Shown here in pieces: positions 9,046-18,264 of a stretch of DNA of 57,419 nt (positions are counted from its first letter, which is position 1; each line of letters starts with the position of its first letter). The notes under the pieces were generated by a model. The model saw only the letters and a program-made list of their open reading frames with translations. It was not told the origin of the DNA and ran no database searches. This DNA is from an uncultured Bacteroidota bacterium. GTDB taxonomy: Bacteria; Bacteroidota; Bacteroidia; Flavobacteriales; UBA7312. The DNA lies in contig CACHMF010000004.1 of NCBI GenBank assembly GCA_902580855.1, forward strand, positions 1 through 57,419, read 5' to 3'. The translations under genes were made by a program, and so were the position numbers.

Positions 9046-9786
9046 TTGAGCGAATTAATTAAGCAAATATCGTTATTTGAACCTATATCATTGTCGGAGA
9101 TGGACAGTGTGAAGCTAATGAATCGTTCCGATACGAAATTCGTTTTTTCAAACCAAACGCTCTTGCAAATATTACCAAAACTACAAGGATACTATCGAGT
9201 TCTAGAAATTGAAAACATACGCTTAAGCTCGTATCAATCGTTATATTATGACACCGAAGATTTTCAATTTTACCACCAACATCACAATGGTAAAACCAAC
9301 AGAAACAAGGTTCGCTATAGAGAATATATAGATTCTGGAATTTCTTTCCTTGAGGTTAAGCATAAAAACAATAAAGGCAAAACGATCAAAAAGCGCATTC
9401 CTGTAAATGCGATTCAAGAAATGTTAGAGGGGGATCATCAATCTTTTGTTGATGAGGTGATAGGAGAAAATCTTAACCTAATACCTCAACACAGAAATAA
9501 ATTTCAACGGCTTACATTAGTGCACAAAATCAATAAAGAACGCCTGACAATTGATATTAACTTTCAATATCAAAACACGATTAAACAAGGCGGGGTTGAA
9601 CAGTTGGTAATTGCCGAAGTTAAACAAGAAAAGAAGAGTCGATCTTCAGATTTTATAAGAATTATTAAAGAAGCGGGCGTTCATCCTTTTAGGATCAGCA
9701 AATACTGTATTGCTACAGCCAGTTTATACACAGAATTAAAAAGGAATAATTTCAAAATGAAATTTTTACATTTAAACAAAATTTAA
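9046..9786 (+). CDS. VTC-domain polyphosphate polymerase (CYTH/triphosphate tunnel superfamily)
   Basis: 'LMNRSDTKF', 'Y.SLYYDT', 'R.KVRYREY', 'FLEVKHK', 'KKR', 'ERLTID', 'IAEVKQ', 'ISKYC' motifs. TTG start. Confidence 0.88.
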   Translation: MSELIKQISLFEPISLSEMDSVKLMNRSDTKFVFSNQTLLQILPKLQGYYRVLEIENIRLSSYQSLYYDTEDFQFYHQHHNGKTNRNKVRYREYIDSGISFLEVKHKNNKGKTIKKRIPVNAIQEMLEGDHQSFVDEVIGENLNLIPQHRNKFQRLTLVHKINKERLTIDINFQYQNTIKQGGVEQLVIAEVKQEKKSRSSDFIRIIKEAGVHPFRISKYCIATASLYTELKRNNFKMKFLHLNKI

Positions 9787-9790
9787 AATA

Positions 9791-10432
9791 ATGAACGAGT
9801 TATTGTTATTGCTAACAGATTTAGAAATATTCGGAACGGATTTTTTCGATAAAAAAGATTTTTTTGAGTTACTGATAAAGGCTGTTTTTAACTTTTTTAT
9901 CATTGCCTATATCGTTCGCTATTTATATTACCCAGCAACAAAAAACAAAGATTATCTATTTACCTATTTATTGATTAGTATCACGGTATTCTTTCTTTGT
10001 TTCTTGCTAGAAAATGTGAAGTTACAACTAGGGTTTGCGCTAGGTCTTTTCGCCATCTTTGGGATTATTCGCTATCGAACAGATCCTATTCCAATTAAAG
10101 AGATGACTTATTTGTTTATTGTGATTGGAGTTTCTGTAATAAACGCTTTAGCAAACAAAAAAATCAGTCATTCCGAGTTACTATTTGCAAACTTTATAAT
10201 CATAGCTGTCACCTACGGGTTGGAAAAAATATGGTTATTGCGACACGAAACACGCAAAACCATTACCTATGAAAAAATAGAGCTTATCAAACCTTCAAAG
10301 AAAGAAGAATTGATGGCAGACTTAAAGGAACGAACAGGACTAAATATCACGCGCATAGAGGTGCGTAGAATAGATTTTTTAAGAGATACGGCTCAAATAA
10401 GAATCTTCTTTTTCGAAGATGAAAAAGCTTAG
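9791..10432 (+). CDS. DUF4956 family inner-membrane protein
   Basis: 'LGFALGLFAIFGIIRYRTDPIPIKEMTYLF' signature, about 5 TM helices, C-terminal 'L.ADLKERTGL.I..IEV..IDFLRD'. Usual neighbour of VTC genes. Confidence 0.88.
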   Translation: MNELLLLLTDLEIFGTDFFDKKDFFELLIKAVFNFFIIAYIVRYLYYPATKNKDYLFTYLLISITVFFLCFLLENVKLQLGFALGLFAIFGIIRYRTDPIPIKEMTYLFIVIGVSVINALANKKISHSELLFANFIIIAVTYGLEKIWLLRHETRKTITYEKIELIKPSKKEELMADLKERTGLNITRIEVRRIDFLRDTAQIRIFFFEDEKA

Positions 10433-11048
10433 CATATTATGTTGCTTGTTGCCGCTCTTTGCGATTGGTCAAGATGATTTTCAACTTTGGTCTAAAGTAG
10501 AATTAGGATATAAAATCAACAAAAAGGTATCCGTAGAGCTTACAGAAGGATTTCGTTTAAGAGAAAACGCATCTCTTCCATCTAAAACATTTACAGATTT
10601 TAACGCTACCTATAAGCATAACAAAAAAGTAAGAATAGGAACGGGTTATCGTTTCATTCAGGTTTTCAACCTTGCACAAGACATTCATTTGCGACATCGT
10701 TGGTATGTCTATATGACATTGAGACAAAAAGTAAAAAGATATCAATTTGGCTTTCGTTCTCGTATACAACACCAAAAAGGAGTTGATCATTTAGAGCGAT
10801 ATTATAGAGGGAAAATATCGGCTTCTTATAATTTCCGAAAAACACCTCTGGAGCCAACTATTTCTATAGAGTCTTTCCTGAATTTACAATCTCCCCAATT
10901 TGATAAATTTCGCTACACGGCAGCTCTTTCATATCCGTTACGTAAAAAAGTGCAAGCAAGCTTATATTACCGTATTCAGCAAGAAATTAATGTGTCTTTC
11001 CCTAATACGTTTTACATATTAGGCGCAGGGGTTTCTTACAATTTTTAA
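10419..11048 (+). CDS. DUF2490-like outer-membrane beta-barrel protein
   Basis: Signal peptide (FAIG/Q), 'DFQLW' N-terminus, amphipathic strands, many Arg, C-terminal aromatic 'GVSYNF'. 14-bp overlap with DUF4956. Confidence 0.75.
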   Translation: MKKLSILCCLLPLFAIGQDDFQLWSKVELGYKINKKVSVELTEGFRLRENASLPSKTFTDFNATYKHNKKVRIGTGYRFIQVFNLAQDIHLRHRWYVYMTLRQKVKRYQFGFRSRIQHQKGVDHLERYYRGKISASYNFRKTPLEPTISIESFLNLQSPQFDKFRYTAALSYPLRKKVQASLYYRIQQEINVSFPNTFYILGAGVSYNF

Positions 11049-11100
11049 TGAATAAGTAAGAATACGCATGCTAAATAGCTCTAGTTACGAGTGTTAATGT

Positions 11101-11108
11101 TAAATTTG
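11101..11108 (+). promoter_or_regulatory. -7 promoter element TAAATTTG for the gingipain-like gene
   Basis: TAnnTTTG match. It overlaps the track's GTG start, which supports ATG 11132 as the real start. Confidence 0.5.
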
Positions 11109-11131
11109 TGGCAATAAATTTTTTAAGTACT

Positions 11132-14100
11132 ATGAAAAAGAGAATTGGGATATTTATAGCAGTATTATTAAGTTCTTTAGTTTCTGCACAACAGATTACG
11201 TTTAATTCAGAAACAAATGATGTTGTTTTAACAGCTAATACAGAACAGTATTTTGAAGTTTTTTCTGGCATTCAATCAATAGAGTCTATTAATGTTAACA
11301 CATCTGAGGGGATTTTTACAAAACTGATTCTTCCTGGATACGTCCATTCGAAAGAATTCGGTAAGCCTGAGCTTCCTCAAATACAAAAACTTATAGAAAT
11401 TCCATTTGGGGCAGAAATAAAAACAGACATTTTAGCGTATGAAAAACAAACGCTATTACTTTCAGATTATGGCATTGTAAACCCATTAATACCATCTCAG
11501 CCGTCTATATCAAAAGCAGAGGATGCCGCTAATGTTCCGTTTAAATATTATCCACAGATATATCAACAAAATGAATTTTTAGGAAAAGAAATTGTTACCG
11601 TAGAACCTTTAGGAGTATTAAGAGGTGTTCAAATGGCAAGATTAACAATAGCTCCATTTAAATATAACCCAGTAACAAACGAGTTAATGGTGTTTAACAA
11701 TCTTGAGGTTCAAGTAGATTTTGGCGATGCTGACTATGAAGAAACAGTAATTCAGAAGCAAAAACATTATTCAGCAGCTTTTAATCCAAGCTATTTAGAG
11801 CTTTTAAACTACAAGCCGTTAGCTAAAGATGTTATCACAACATATCCGGTTAAATATGTTATTGTTTCTGACCCGATGTTTCAATCCGACCTACAAGGTT
11901 TTGTGGAATGGAAAACGAAAAAAGGATTCACGGTCGTTGAAGCTTATACGAACGATCCTGCAGTAGGAAATACAACAACTTCTATTAAAGCATATTTAGA
12001 AGGACTTTATAATGCAGGGTCACCTTCTGATCCAGCTCCATCTTATGTATTATTTGTTGGTGATGTGGCACAAGTACCTTCTTTTAGCGGAAATACTGGC
12101 TGGCATGTTTCAGACTTGTATTATTGTACTTATGATGGGCCTTCGGATATTTATCCAGACATGTATTATGGTAGGTTCTCAGCAACAAATTCTTCACAGC
12201 TAATGCCTCAGATAGAAAAGACACTAATGTTTGAGGAGTACACCTTTCCAGACCCTTCTTATTTAGATGAAGTTTTATTGGTTGCAGGTGTAGATGCTAG
12301 CATGGCACCTACTTATGGCAATGGACAAATAAATTATGGAACTGACAACTATTTTAATTCCGCGCATGGAATAACATCGCATATTTATTTATATGGTTCG
12401 GGAAGTCCAGTAACTTCAGATCAATCCATAGCATCAGGACTTATTATTGATGATGTAAATAATGGAGTTGGCTTTGCTAATTATACAGCGCATTGTTTTG
12501 AGCAAGGATGGGCAGACCCCTCATTTGAATCTAGTGATGTCCCTGGATTAACAAATGAAAATGAATATTGCGTAATTGTTAGTAATTGCTGCTTACCAAA
12601 TGCCTTTGATAATGCAGAATGTTTTGGAGAAGCGATTTTAAGAGCTCACGGTAAAGGTGCAGTTGGACACATTGGAGGATCTAACAATACTTATTGGAAT
12701 GAAGATTATTGGTGGGCAGTCGGAACAGGTTCAATCTCAGCAAATCCTACTTATACTCAAACAGGTCTTGGTGTTTTTGATTGCCTGTTTCATGAAAATG
12801 GTGAGCCAGTTTCTGACTGGTTTGTTAGCTTATCTCAAATGGTACATTCAGGAAACCTTGCTGTTACAGCAGCGGGAGGATCAGAAGATTATTATTGGGA
12901 AATATACCATGTAATGGGTGATCCATCTTTAATGCCTTATATGTCAGTCCCAGACCCTATGACAGTAACGCACTTAGCAACAACTCCTCTAGGATCCTCA
13001 ACATTAAATGTGTCAGCAGAAGAAAATGCATATGTAGCTGTTTCTCAAAATGGCATCTTATTAGACGCTCAGTTAGTGGGAGCTAGCGGAAATGTAACAA
13101 TGACTTTTGCCCCACTTGCTTCTATGGGAGTGTTAGATGTAGTGGTAACAAAGCAAGACCGTCAGCCTTACATTGGAGCAGTTCAGGTTATATCCACAAA
13201 CGCGCCATTTATTACAGCGATTTCTTATCAGATTGATGATGCAGCGGCGAATAACAATCAACTCGCTGATTTTAACGAACAATTTTATTTGGACGTAGAT
13301 TTTCAAAACCTAGGCAGTATAACTGCATCAGGTGTTACAGCTACTCTTACCTCTTCAGATCCTAATGTTACGATTATTGATGGGGTAGAAAATCTAAATA
13401 CTATAACATCTTCAACAACCATAAATGCAACTGGTGCATATGAACTAGCAATTGCCGACGGTATTCAAGATCAACACATTGTAGTGATGGATGTTGCTAT
13501 TACAGATAATGCGTCCAATACTTGGAACGTACCAATCAACATTGTTGTAAATGCTCCTGAACTTAATGTTGGAGGTTTTGAATTGATAGATGCTTCAGGT
13601 AACGGGATTTTAGAGCCCGGAGAAACAGCAACCATCAATATTGAAAATTTTAATGATGGATCTGCTGACTGTGGTAGTTCTGACGCTATTTTAAGTACAA
13701 CAAACATGTATGTTAGTATCACTTCCTCATCATATAACTTTATTAGTTTCCCTCAAGGAGGCACAATGCAGCAAGCATCGTTTACTATCCAGGCAGACGC
13801 AAACATTCCTTATGCAACTGCTGTAACATTTGATTACGATTTATCATTTGGTCTTTATAATGCACAAGAGTCTTTTGACATTATAGCTAATATGGCTAGT
13901 GAAGATTATGAAACAGGCAATATGTTGCAATATGATTGGTCTGTTTCAGGAAATGCTCCTTGGCTTATTGTTGGAACAGGGCAGTTTGAAGGTGATCATT
14001 GTGCGAAATCTGGTCCAATTGGAGGTAATCAAGTGTCTACTATGGAATTAGAATTAAATGTAGCAGTGCCTGGCGAGGTATCATTTTATAAAAAGGTTTC

Positions 14101-14566
14101 TACAGAAGACGGATATGATTATTTGCAATTTTATATTGATAATACCTTAAGAGATGAGTGGTCGGGTGTAATAGATTGGTCAAAAGAATCTTATTTTTTA
14201 ACATCTGGAGTTCATACACTAAAATGGGAATATGTAAAAGATGGTTGGGTAGATGAAAATGATGATTGTGCATGGGTAGATTATATACTATTCCCTCAAT
14301 TAGTTTCAAGTACTGATATAGAAGATCAATTAACATTTGATGTTCAGATTACACCCAACCCCGCATCAAATCAATGCTCTATAAATTTTGATAAAATGGT
14401 TGACGCAAGAGTTCAATTATACGACACGCAAGCGCGATTGATTCTAGAAAAGAATACGGCTGGAGAATCAATTTTATTGAATTTAAGTAATTTAGCAACA
14501 GGTGTATACTATTTAGAGATACATTCAGAGGAAGATAAAATTGTAGAAAAGCTAATAATCAAATAG
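11132..14566 (+). CDS. C25 family cysteine peptidase (gingipain, Kgp-like) with propeptide, Ig-like domains and T9SS CTD
   Basis: Start MKKRIG at 11132 (track gives 11108). Propeptide 'GKPELP', catalytic 'FANYTAHC' and 'SNCCL', 'YWEIYHVMGDPSLMPY', CTD 'ITPNPAS...GVYYLEI...EKLIIK'. Confidence 0.9.
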   Translation: MKKRIGIFIAVLLSSLVSAQQITFNSETNDVVLTANTEQYFEVFSGIQSIESINVNTSEGIFTKLILPGYVHSKEFGKPELPQIQKLIEIPFGAEIKTDILAYEKQTLLLSDYGIVNPLIPSQPSISKAEDAANVPFKYYPQIYQQNEFLGKEIVTVEPLGVLRGVQMARLTIAPFKYNPVTNELMVFNNLEVQVDFGDADYEETVIQKQKHYSAAFNPSYLELLNYKPLAKDVITTYPVKYVIVSDPMFQSDLQGFVEWKTKKGFTVVEAYTNDPAVGNTTTSIKAYLEGLYNAGSPSDPAPSYVLFVGDVAQVPSFSGNTGWHVSDLYYCTYDGPSDIYPDMYYGRFSATNSSQLMPQIEKTLMFEEYTFPDPSYLDEVLLVAGVDASMAPTYGNGQINYGTDNYFNSAHGITSHIYLYGSGSPVTSDQSIASGLIIDDVNNGVGFANYTAHCFEQGWADPSFESSDVPGLTNENEYCVIVSNCCLPNAFDNAECFGEAILRAHGKGAVGHIGGSNNTYWNEDYWWAVGTGSISANPTYTQTGLGVFDCLFHENGEPVSDWFVSLSQMVHSGNLAVTAAGGSEDYYWEIYHVMGDPSLMPYMSVPDPMTVTHLATTPLGSSTLNVSAEENAYVAVSQNGILLDAQLVGASGNVTMTFAPLASMGVLDVVVTKQDRQPYIGAVQVISTNAPFITAISYQIDDAAANNNQLADFNEQFYLDVDFQNLGSITASGVTATLTSSDPNVTIIDGVENLNTITSSTTINATGAYELAIADGIQDQHIVVMDVAITDNASNTWNVPINIVVNAPELNVGGFELIDASGNGILEPGETATINIENFNDGSADCGSSDAILSTTNMYVSITSSSYNFISFPQGGTMQQASFTIQADANIPYATAVTFDYDLSFGLYNAQESFDIIANMASEDYETGNMLQYDWSVSGNAPWLIVGTGQFEGDHCAKSGPIGGNQVSTMELELNVAVPGEVSFYKKVSTEDGYDYLQFYIDNTLRDEWSGVIDWSKESYFLTSGVHTLKWEYVKDGWVDENDDCAWVDYILFPQLVSSTDIEDQLTFDVQITPNPASNQCSINFDKMVDARVQLYDTQARLILEKNTAGESILLNLSNLATGVYYLEIHSEEDKIVEKLIIK

Positions 14567-15228
14567 TGAAAAAAACCGTATTCATATTATTTTTATCATT
14601 AGTATCGAGCTCACTTAGTGCTCAGTCAATTTTTCAAACGCTTTTTACTTCTACTGATGAGCAGGGACAGCTAGGTAGTATGACAGAAATCACGGGTTTA
14701 GTTATCAATAACGACTGTTGTACAGTAACTAAGTTTATACAACACTTAACTTCTTGTGAAATGCCATCTGATTGGCTATGGAGTCATTGCACCCCTGATA
14801 TGTGCTTGCCAACAGGAGATTCGCTAGGGTATTATTATTTAATGCCATCTGATACAGGCGAAGTATCCTTTCGTTTTTATGTGGGGAACACACCGGGGTC
14901 AGCCGAAATGAACATAAGATTTGCTGACAGGGACAATCTATCGGATTATCAGGATGTCCAATTTACCGTTTGGGCAGGCACTAGTGATTTGCAAGAATCT
15001 AATTGGCAACTTCTCATTTACCCCAATCCAGTGAATAATTTCATTCATATTGATGGAGACATTTCAGATCTAACTTGCGATCTTTTTGATGTAAGAGGTA
15101 AAAATTTGTTAAGCTCACTGAATGTGGAAGGAAGAAAGATAAATGTATCAAACATTCAACCAGGAGTATATTTTCTAGCCTTACACAAGCCCGGTGGAAG
15201 GCTAATTAAACGCATCATCATTCAGTAG
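14566..15228 (+). CDS. small Cys-rich T9SS cargo protein (Ig-like domain plus type A CTD)
   Basis: GTG start overlapping the upstream TAG. Signal peptide (SLSA/Q), 'WLWSHCTPDMCLP', CTD 'IYPNPVNN...PGVYFL...KRIIIQ'. Confidence 0.75.
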   Translation: MKKTVFILFLSLVSSSLSAQSIFQTLFTSTDEQGQLGSMTEITGLVINNDCCTVTKFIQHLTSCEMPSDWLWSHCTPDMCLPTGDSLGYYYLMPSDTGEVSFRFYVGNTPGSAEMNIRFADRDNLSDYQDVQFTVWAGTSDLQESNWQLLIYPNPVNNFIHIDGDISDLTCDLFDVRGKNLLSSLNVEGRKINVSNIQPGVYFLALHKPGGRLIKRIIIQ

Positions 15229-15384
15229 GAGAAATAAGCTTTGTATTCTAACAATACATTGAGTTAGTAATTTCATTAATAGTATTTCAAAATAAAAAGA
15301 AGATTGTATCAATAAGCAGAAAACTGGCGCAATATCCTTGTCGTATCCAACTACAAGTAAAATCATTCATTATCTTTACAAAGA

Positions 15385-16020
15385 ATGAAGAAAAAAGTTC
15401 TATTTCGTCAAGTTGTACCATCCTTACTTTTTGTCGCGATAATAATTACGACTAAGTTATTAGAGGATTATTTTCAAGTTCGCTGGACAAAATACGGAGT
15501 ATATCCTAGGTCATTTGAGGGCGTTTTAGCCATTATCACCTCCCCTTTCATTCATGGTGATTGGAAGCATGTATTTAACAATTCTGTGCCATTAATCGTT
15601 TTAGGAACATCACTTCGTTATTTTTATAAAGACATTTCAAAAGAAGTGTTTTTGTGGTCTTGGTTCATGAGCGGATTGTGGCTTTGGGCAATTGGTAGGC
15701 CAAGTTTTCATATTGGAGCAAGCGGCATAGTCTATGCATTAGCATCTTTCTTATTTTTCAGTGGACTCATTCGAAAGCATACTAGTTTAATGGCGGTATC
15801 ATTTGTCGTAGTTTTTTTATATGGCAGTATGGTATGGGGTATTTTCCCAATAAAAGAACATATTTCTTGGGAAGGACACTTATCAGGAGGATTAGCCGGT
15901 GTTATTTTAGCATGGTGGTTTCGATTTGAAGGACCTCCAAAGCAAAAATATCAATATGAAATAGACGAAGAATTAGAAGAAAATGAAGTTATGATTGAGT
16001 ATCATTATAAAGAGAATTAG
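15385..16020 (+). CDS. rhomboid family intramembrane serine protease
   Basis: 'HGDWKHVFNN', 'HIGASG' catalytic Ser, 'SWEGHLSG' catalytic His. Confidence 0.92.
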   Translation: MKKKVLFRQVVPSLLFVAIIITTKLLEDYFQVRWTKYGVYPRSFEGVLAIITSPFIHGDWKHVFNNSVPLIVLGTSLRYFYKDISKEVFLWSWFMSGLWLWAIGRPSFHIGASGIVYALASFLFFSGLIRKHTSLMAVSFVVVFLYGSMVWGIFPIKEHISWEGHLSGGLAGVILAWWFRFEGPPKQKYQYEIDEELEENEVMIEYHYKEN

Positions 16021-16277
16021 TCCTCTTTTTTGTTGGGTTTTGCTACACCAAAGTTCGAGGAAAACCACGCTCTTTCGTGTCCGTAATAAAAAACCAATTT
16101 CACTAATCGGTCAACGATTGTTAAAAATCCAGCACCCTCTTTAGAGATGCCTTCTAACCCAAAATAAGGAGGCAATATGGTTAGGACTAGATAGGTTGTT
16201 GTCATGGCCAATACATTCCATGTTATCGCTTTAAAAACGTGTCTTTTCCTGTTAATTTTTACCTTATTTTCACTCAT
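16017..16277 (-). CDS. DUF2061 family small membrane protein
   Basis: Start reassigned to MSENKV (16277). 'RKRHVFKAITW' and 'KLVFYYGHERAW' signature. Confidence 0.75.
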   Translation of the reverse strand: MSENKVKINRKRHVFKAITWNVLAMTTTYLVLTILPPYFGLEGISKEGAGFLTIVDRLVKLVFYYGHERAWFSSNFGVAKPNKKED

Positions 16278-16314
16278 AGTACTTTCAAATAATGATAACA
16301 ATGATAAGAAAAAT

Positions 16315-16920
16315 CTATAATAATGAAACGGCAATCCATTCTACGATTACTCCTAATATAAACCCAGCATAAACCTGTCGATAGTTGTGTGAATTGGTTT
16401 TTAATCGAGCATAACCAATGAGTCCCGCTACAAAAAATAGAGCCAGGATAAGATAAAAATGATTGAACTGAAAGCGATGTGATAGTCCAACCATGGCTCC
16501 GATTACGCCACCGATACCGAGCATATGGACACTTATTTTCCAACGCAGTGTAATAAAGTGCGCGATTAAAATAACAGTGATGGCACCAATCATTAATAGG
16601 TATAAACTAATGGGTAGCGCTAGATTGGTTAATATTTCAAACCCTAAATAATACCACAAAACGGACAGTAAAAACGGCCATTTTCTCTCTTCGGCTGTTT
16701 TCATATAAATGCTTTTCACTACACCCAATTTCTGTAAAACAATAGCGGTTATAAGAGGTAGTAAAATGGTGAACACGCTTAATATAGTCAGTACAATTGC
16801 TTGAATGCTGTTAGGTACTTGTAAATCGATGTATGGATTAAACTCAAAGATTAAAACCATGGCGTAAACAGGCATAAAAAGTGGATGACCCACAACGGAT
16901 ATGAATTGAGCAAATCGCAT
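16315..16920 (-). CDS. PAP2-superfamily-like integral membrane protein
   Basis: 'KISVHM.G.GG', 'ARL....H...QVYAGF' motifs and about 7 TM helices. Commonly downstream of rpoN in Bacteroidota. Confidence 0.7.
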   Translation of the reverse strand: MRFAQFISVVGHPLFMPVYAMVLIFEFNPYIDLQVPNSIQAIVLTILSVFTILLPLITAIVLQKLGVVKSIYMKTAEERKWPFLLSVLWYYLGFEILTNLALPISLYLLMIGAITVILIAHFITLRWKISVHMLGIGGVIGAMVGLSHRFQFNHFYLILALFFVAGLIGYARLKTNSHNYRQVYAGFILGVIVEWIAVSLL

Positions 16921-18254
16921 TATAATTCCCTCCTTAATCGGGCAACTGAAACACCTAATTGTTCTCGATATTTTGCCACGGTTCTCCTTGCAATGTGATA
17001 CCCTTTTTCATCTAGTAGTTCAGACAGTTTTTCATCAGTTAAGGGTTGCCTTTTGTCTTCTTTTTCCAAAAGGTCTTGCAAATGACTTTTCACTACCTTA
17101 TTTGAAATGGTTGTGCCATCCTCTTTGCTAAAGGCTTCAGAAAAGAATTCCTTGAGTAAAAAAGTGCCAAATGGAGTTTCAATGTATTTACTATTCGTGA
17201 CTCTTGAAACGGTGGAAATGTCAAGCTTAACTTTCTGTGCTACATCTAATAATTTCATAGGTTTCAAATCTTTCACATCACCAGATTTGAAAAAATTATC
17301 CTGCAAGTCTAAAATGCAAGTAATAGTGCTCAGCAGGGTGTCTTCTCTTTGCTTTAACGCATCAGCAAACCATTTTGCTGATTCTAACTTTTTCTTTAAA
17401 AATTCGCTAGCCTCCTTATCCCCTTCTAGTTCAGTAAGCATTTGTTGGTATTGCTTGCTTGGACCAATTTTCCATTTACGCTTATTGTTCAGTCGTAAGT
17501 TTAAATCGCCATCAATATTTTCTAAGATAAAGTCTGGAGTGATATAAGCAGTCCCTTCCTGCGTGTTTGCAAAACCACCTCCAGGCTTTGGGTTCAGTTT
17601 AGAAATCTCTTGAAAGGCTAGTTTCAAATCTTTTTCATTTATTTCTAATTCTCGTTGAATTTTATCAAAGTTTTTGGTGCTAAAAGATTGATATTGCTGA
17701 TTCAGTATCTTTTGCGCTAGCAAAATACCTGAGTTCTCAGCCTTTCTTTTTAATTGAAGTAACAGGCATTCTTGTAAGTTTTGCGCGCCTACCCCTGCAG
17801 GATCTAATGATTGCACTACCTCTAATACAGGCAGTAAATCTCGCTCACTTATTTGCATGTTTTGTTTGAAGAGTAAATCATCAGCAATAGCGTATAAATC
17901 CCTAGCTAAAAAGCCATTATCATCTAAACAACCAATAAGAAATGTTGCTAAAAAAGACTCTTCTTCATTGAGGCTTTGTAGGGGTAATTGTTTGAGCAAA
18001 AATTCTTGAAGTGTTTCTTCTCTTTCAGCTATTACGGGCCTACTATTTTCTTGAGTCTGTTGTGATCTGTAATTTGAAGTGTATTCGTTCTCCCAATTTT
18101 CCTCTTCACTTTCTTCAAGCGCTGGGTTATCCTCTAACTCTTCTTCAATGCGTTTTTCTAGAGATACAATAGGAATTTGTAACAAGTTCAAAAACTGTAT
18201 TTGCTGTGGTGACAGCTTCAGTTGTTGGTTTTGTTGTAATCGCTGTTTTTGCAT
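16920..18254 (-). CDS. rpoN: RNA polymerase sigma-54 factor
   Basis: Gln-rich region I, 'DISTVSRV' HTH, RpoN box 'ARRTVAKYRE'. Confidence 0.97.
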   Translation of the reverse strand: MQKQRLQQNQQLKLSPQQIQFLNLLQIPIVSLEKRIEEELEDNPALEESEEENWENEYTSNYRSQQTQENSRPVIAEREETLQEFLLKQLPLQSLNEEESFLATFLIGCLDDNGFLARDLYAIADDLLFKQNMQISERDLLPVLEVVQSLDPAGVGAQNLQECLLLQLKRKAENSGILLAQKILNQQYQSFSTKNFDKIQRELEINEKDLKLAFQEISKLNPKPGGGFANTQEGTAYITPDFILENIDGDLNLRLNNKRKWKIGPSKQYQQMLTELEGDKEASEFLKKKLESAKWFADALKQREDTLLSTITCILDLQDNFFKSGDVKDLKPMKLLDVAQKVKLDISTVSRVTNSKYIETPFGTFLLKEFFSEAFSKEDGTTISNKVVKSHLQDLLEKEDKRQPLTDEKLSELLDEKGYHIARRTVAKYREQLGVSVARLRREL

Positions 18255-18264
18255 TTATTGATTT

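Noticed and set aside
11132-14566. C25 protein as the T9SS sortase PorU
   Set aside because: Motifs match Kgp-type gingipains with a C25 propeptide, and no porV or other T9SS machinery genes are adjacent.
1-15228. Left region as a horizontally acquired island (looks more AT-rich by eye)
   Set aside because: No integrase, tRNA, flanking repeats or transposase. I could not compute GC or codon statistics, and protein composition may explain the impression.
15325-15342. TGGCGC...TTG upstream of the rhomboid gene as a sigma-54 promoter (rpoN is nearby)
   Set aside because: The GC required 12 bp after the GG is absent, so the -24/-12 spacing is wrong.
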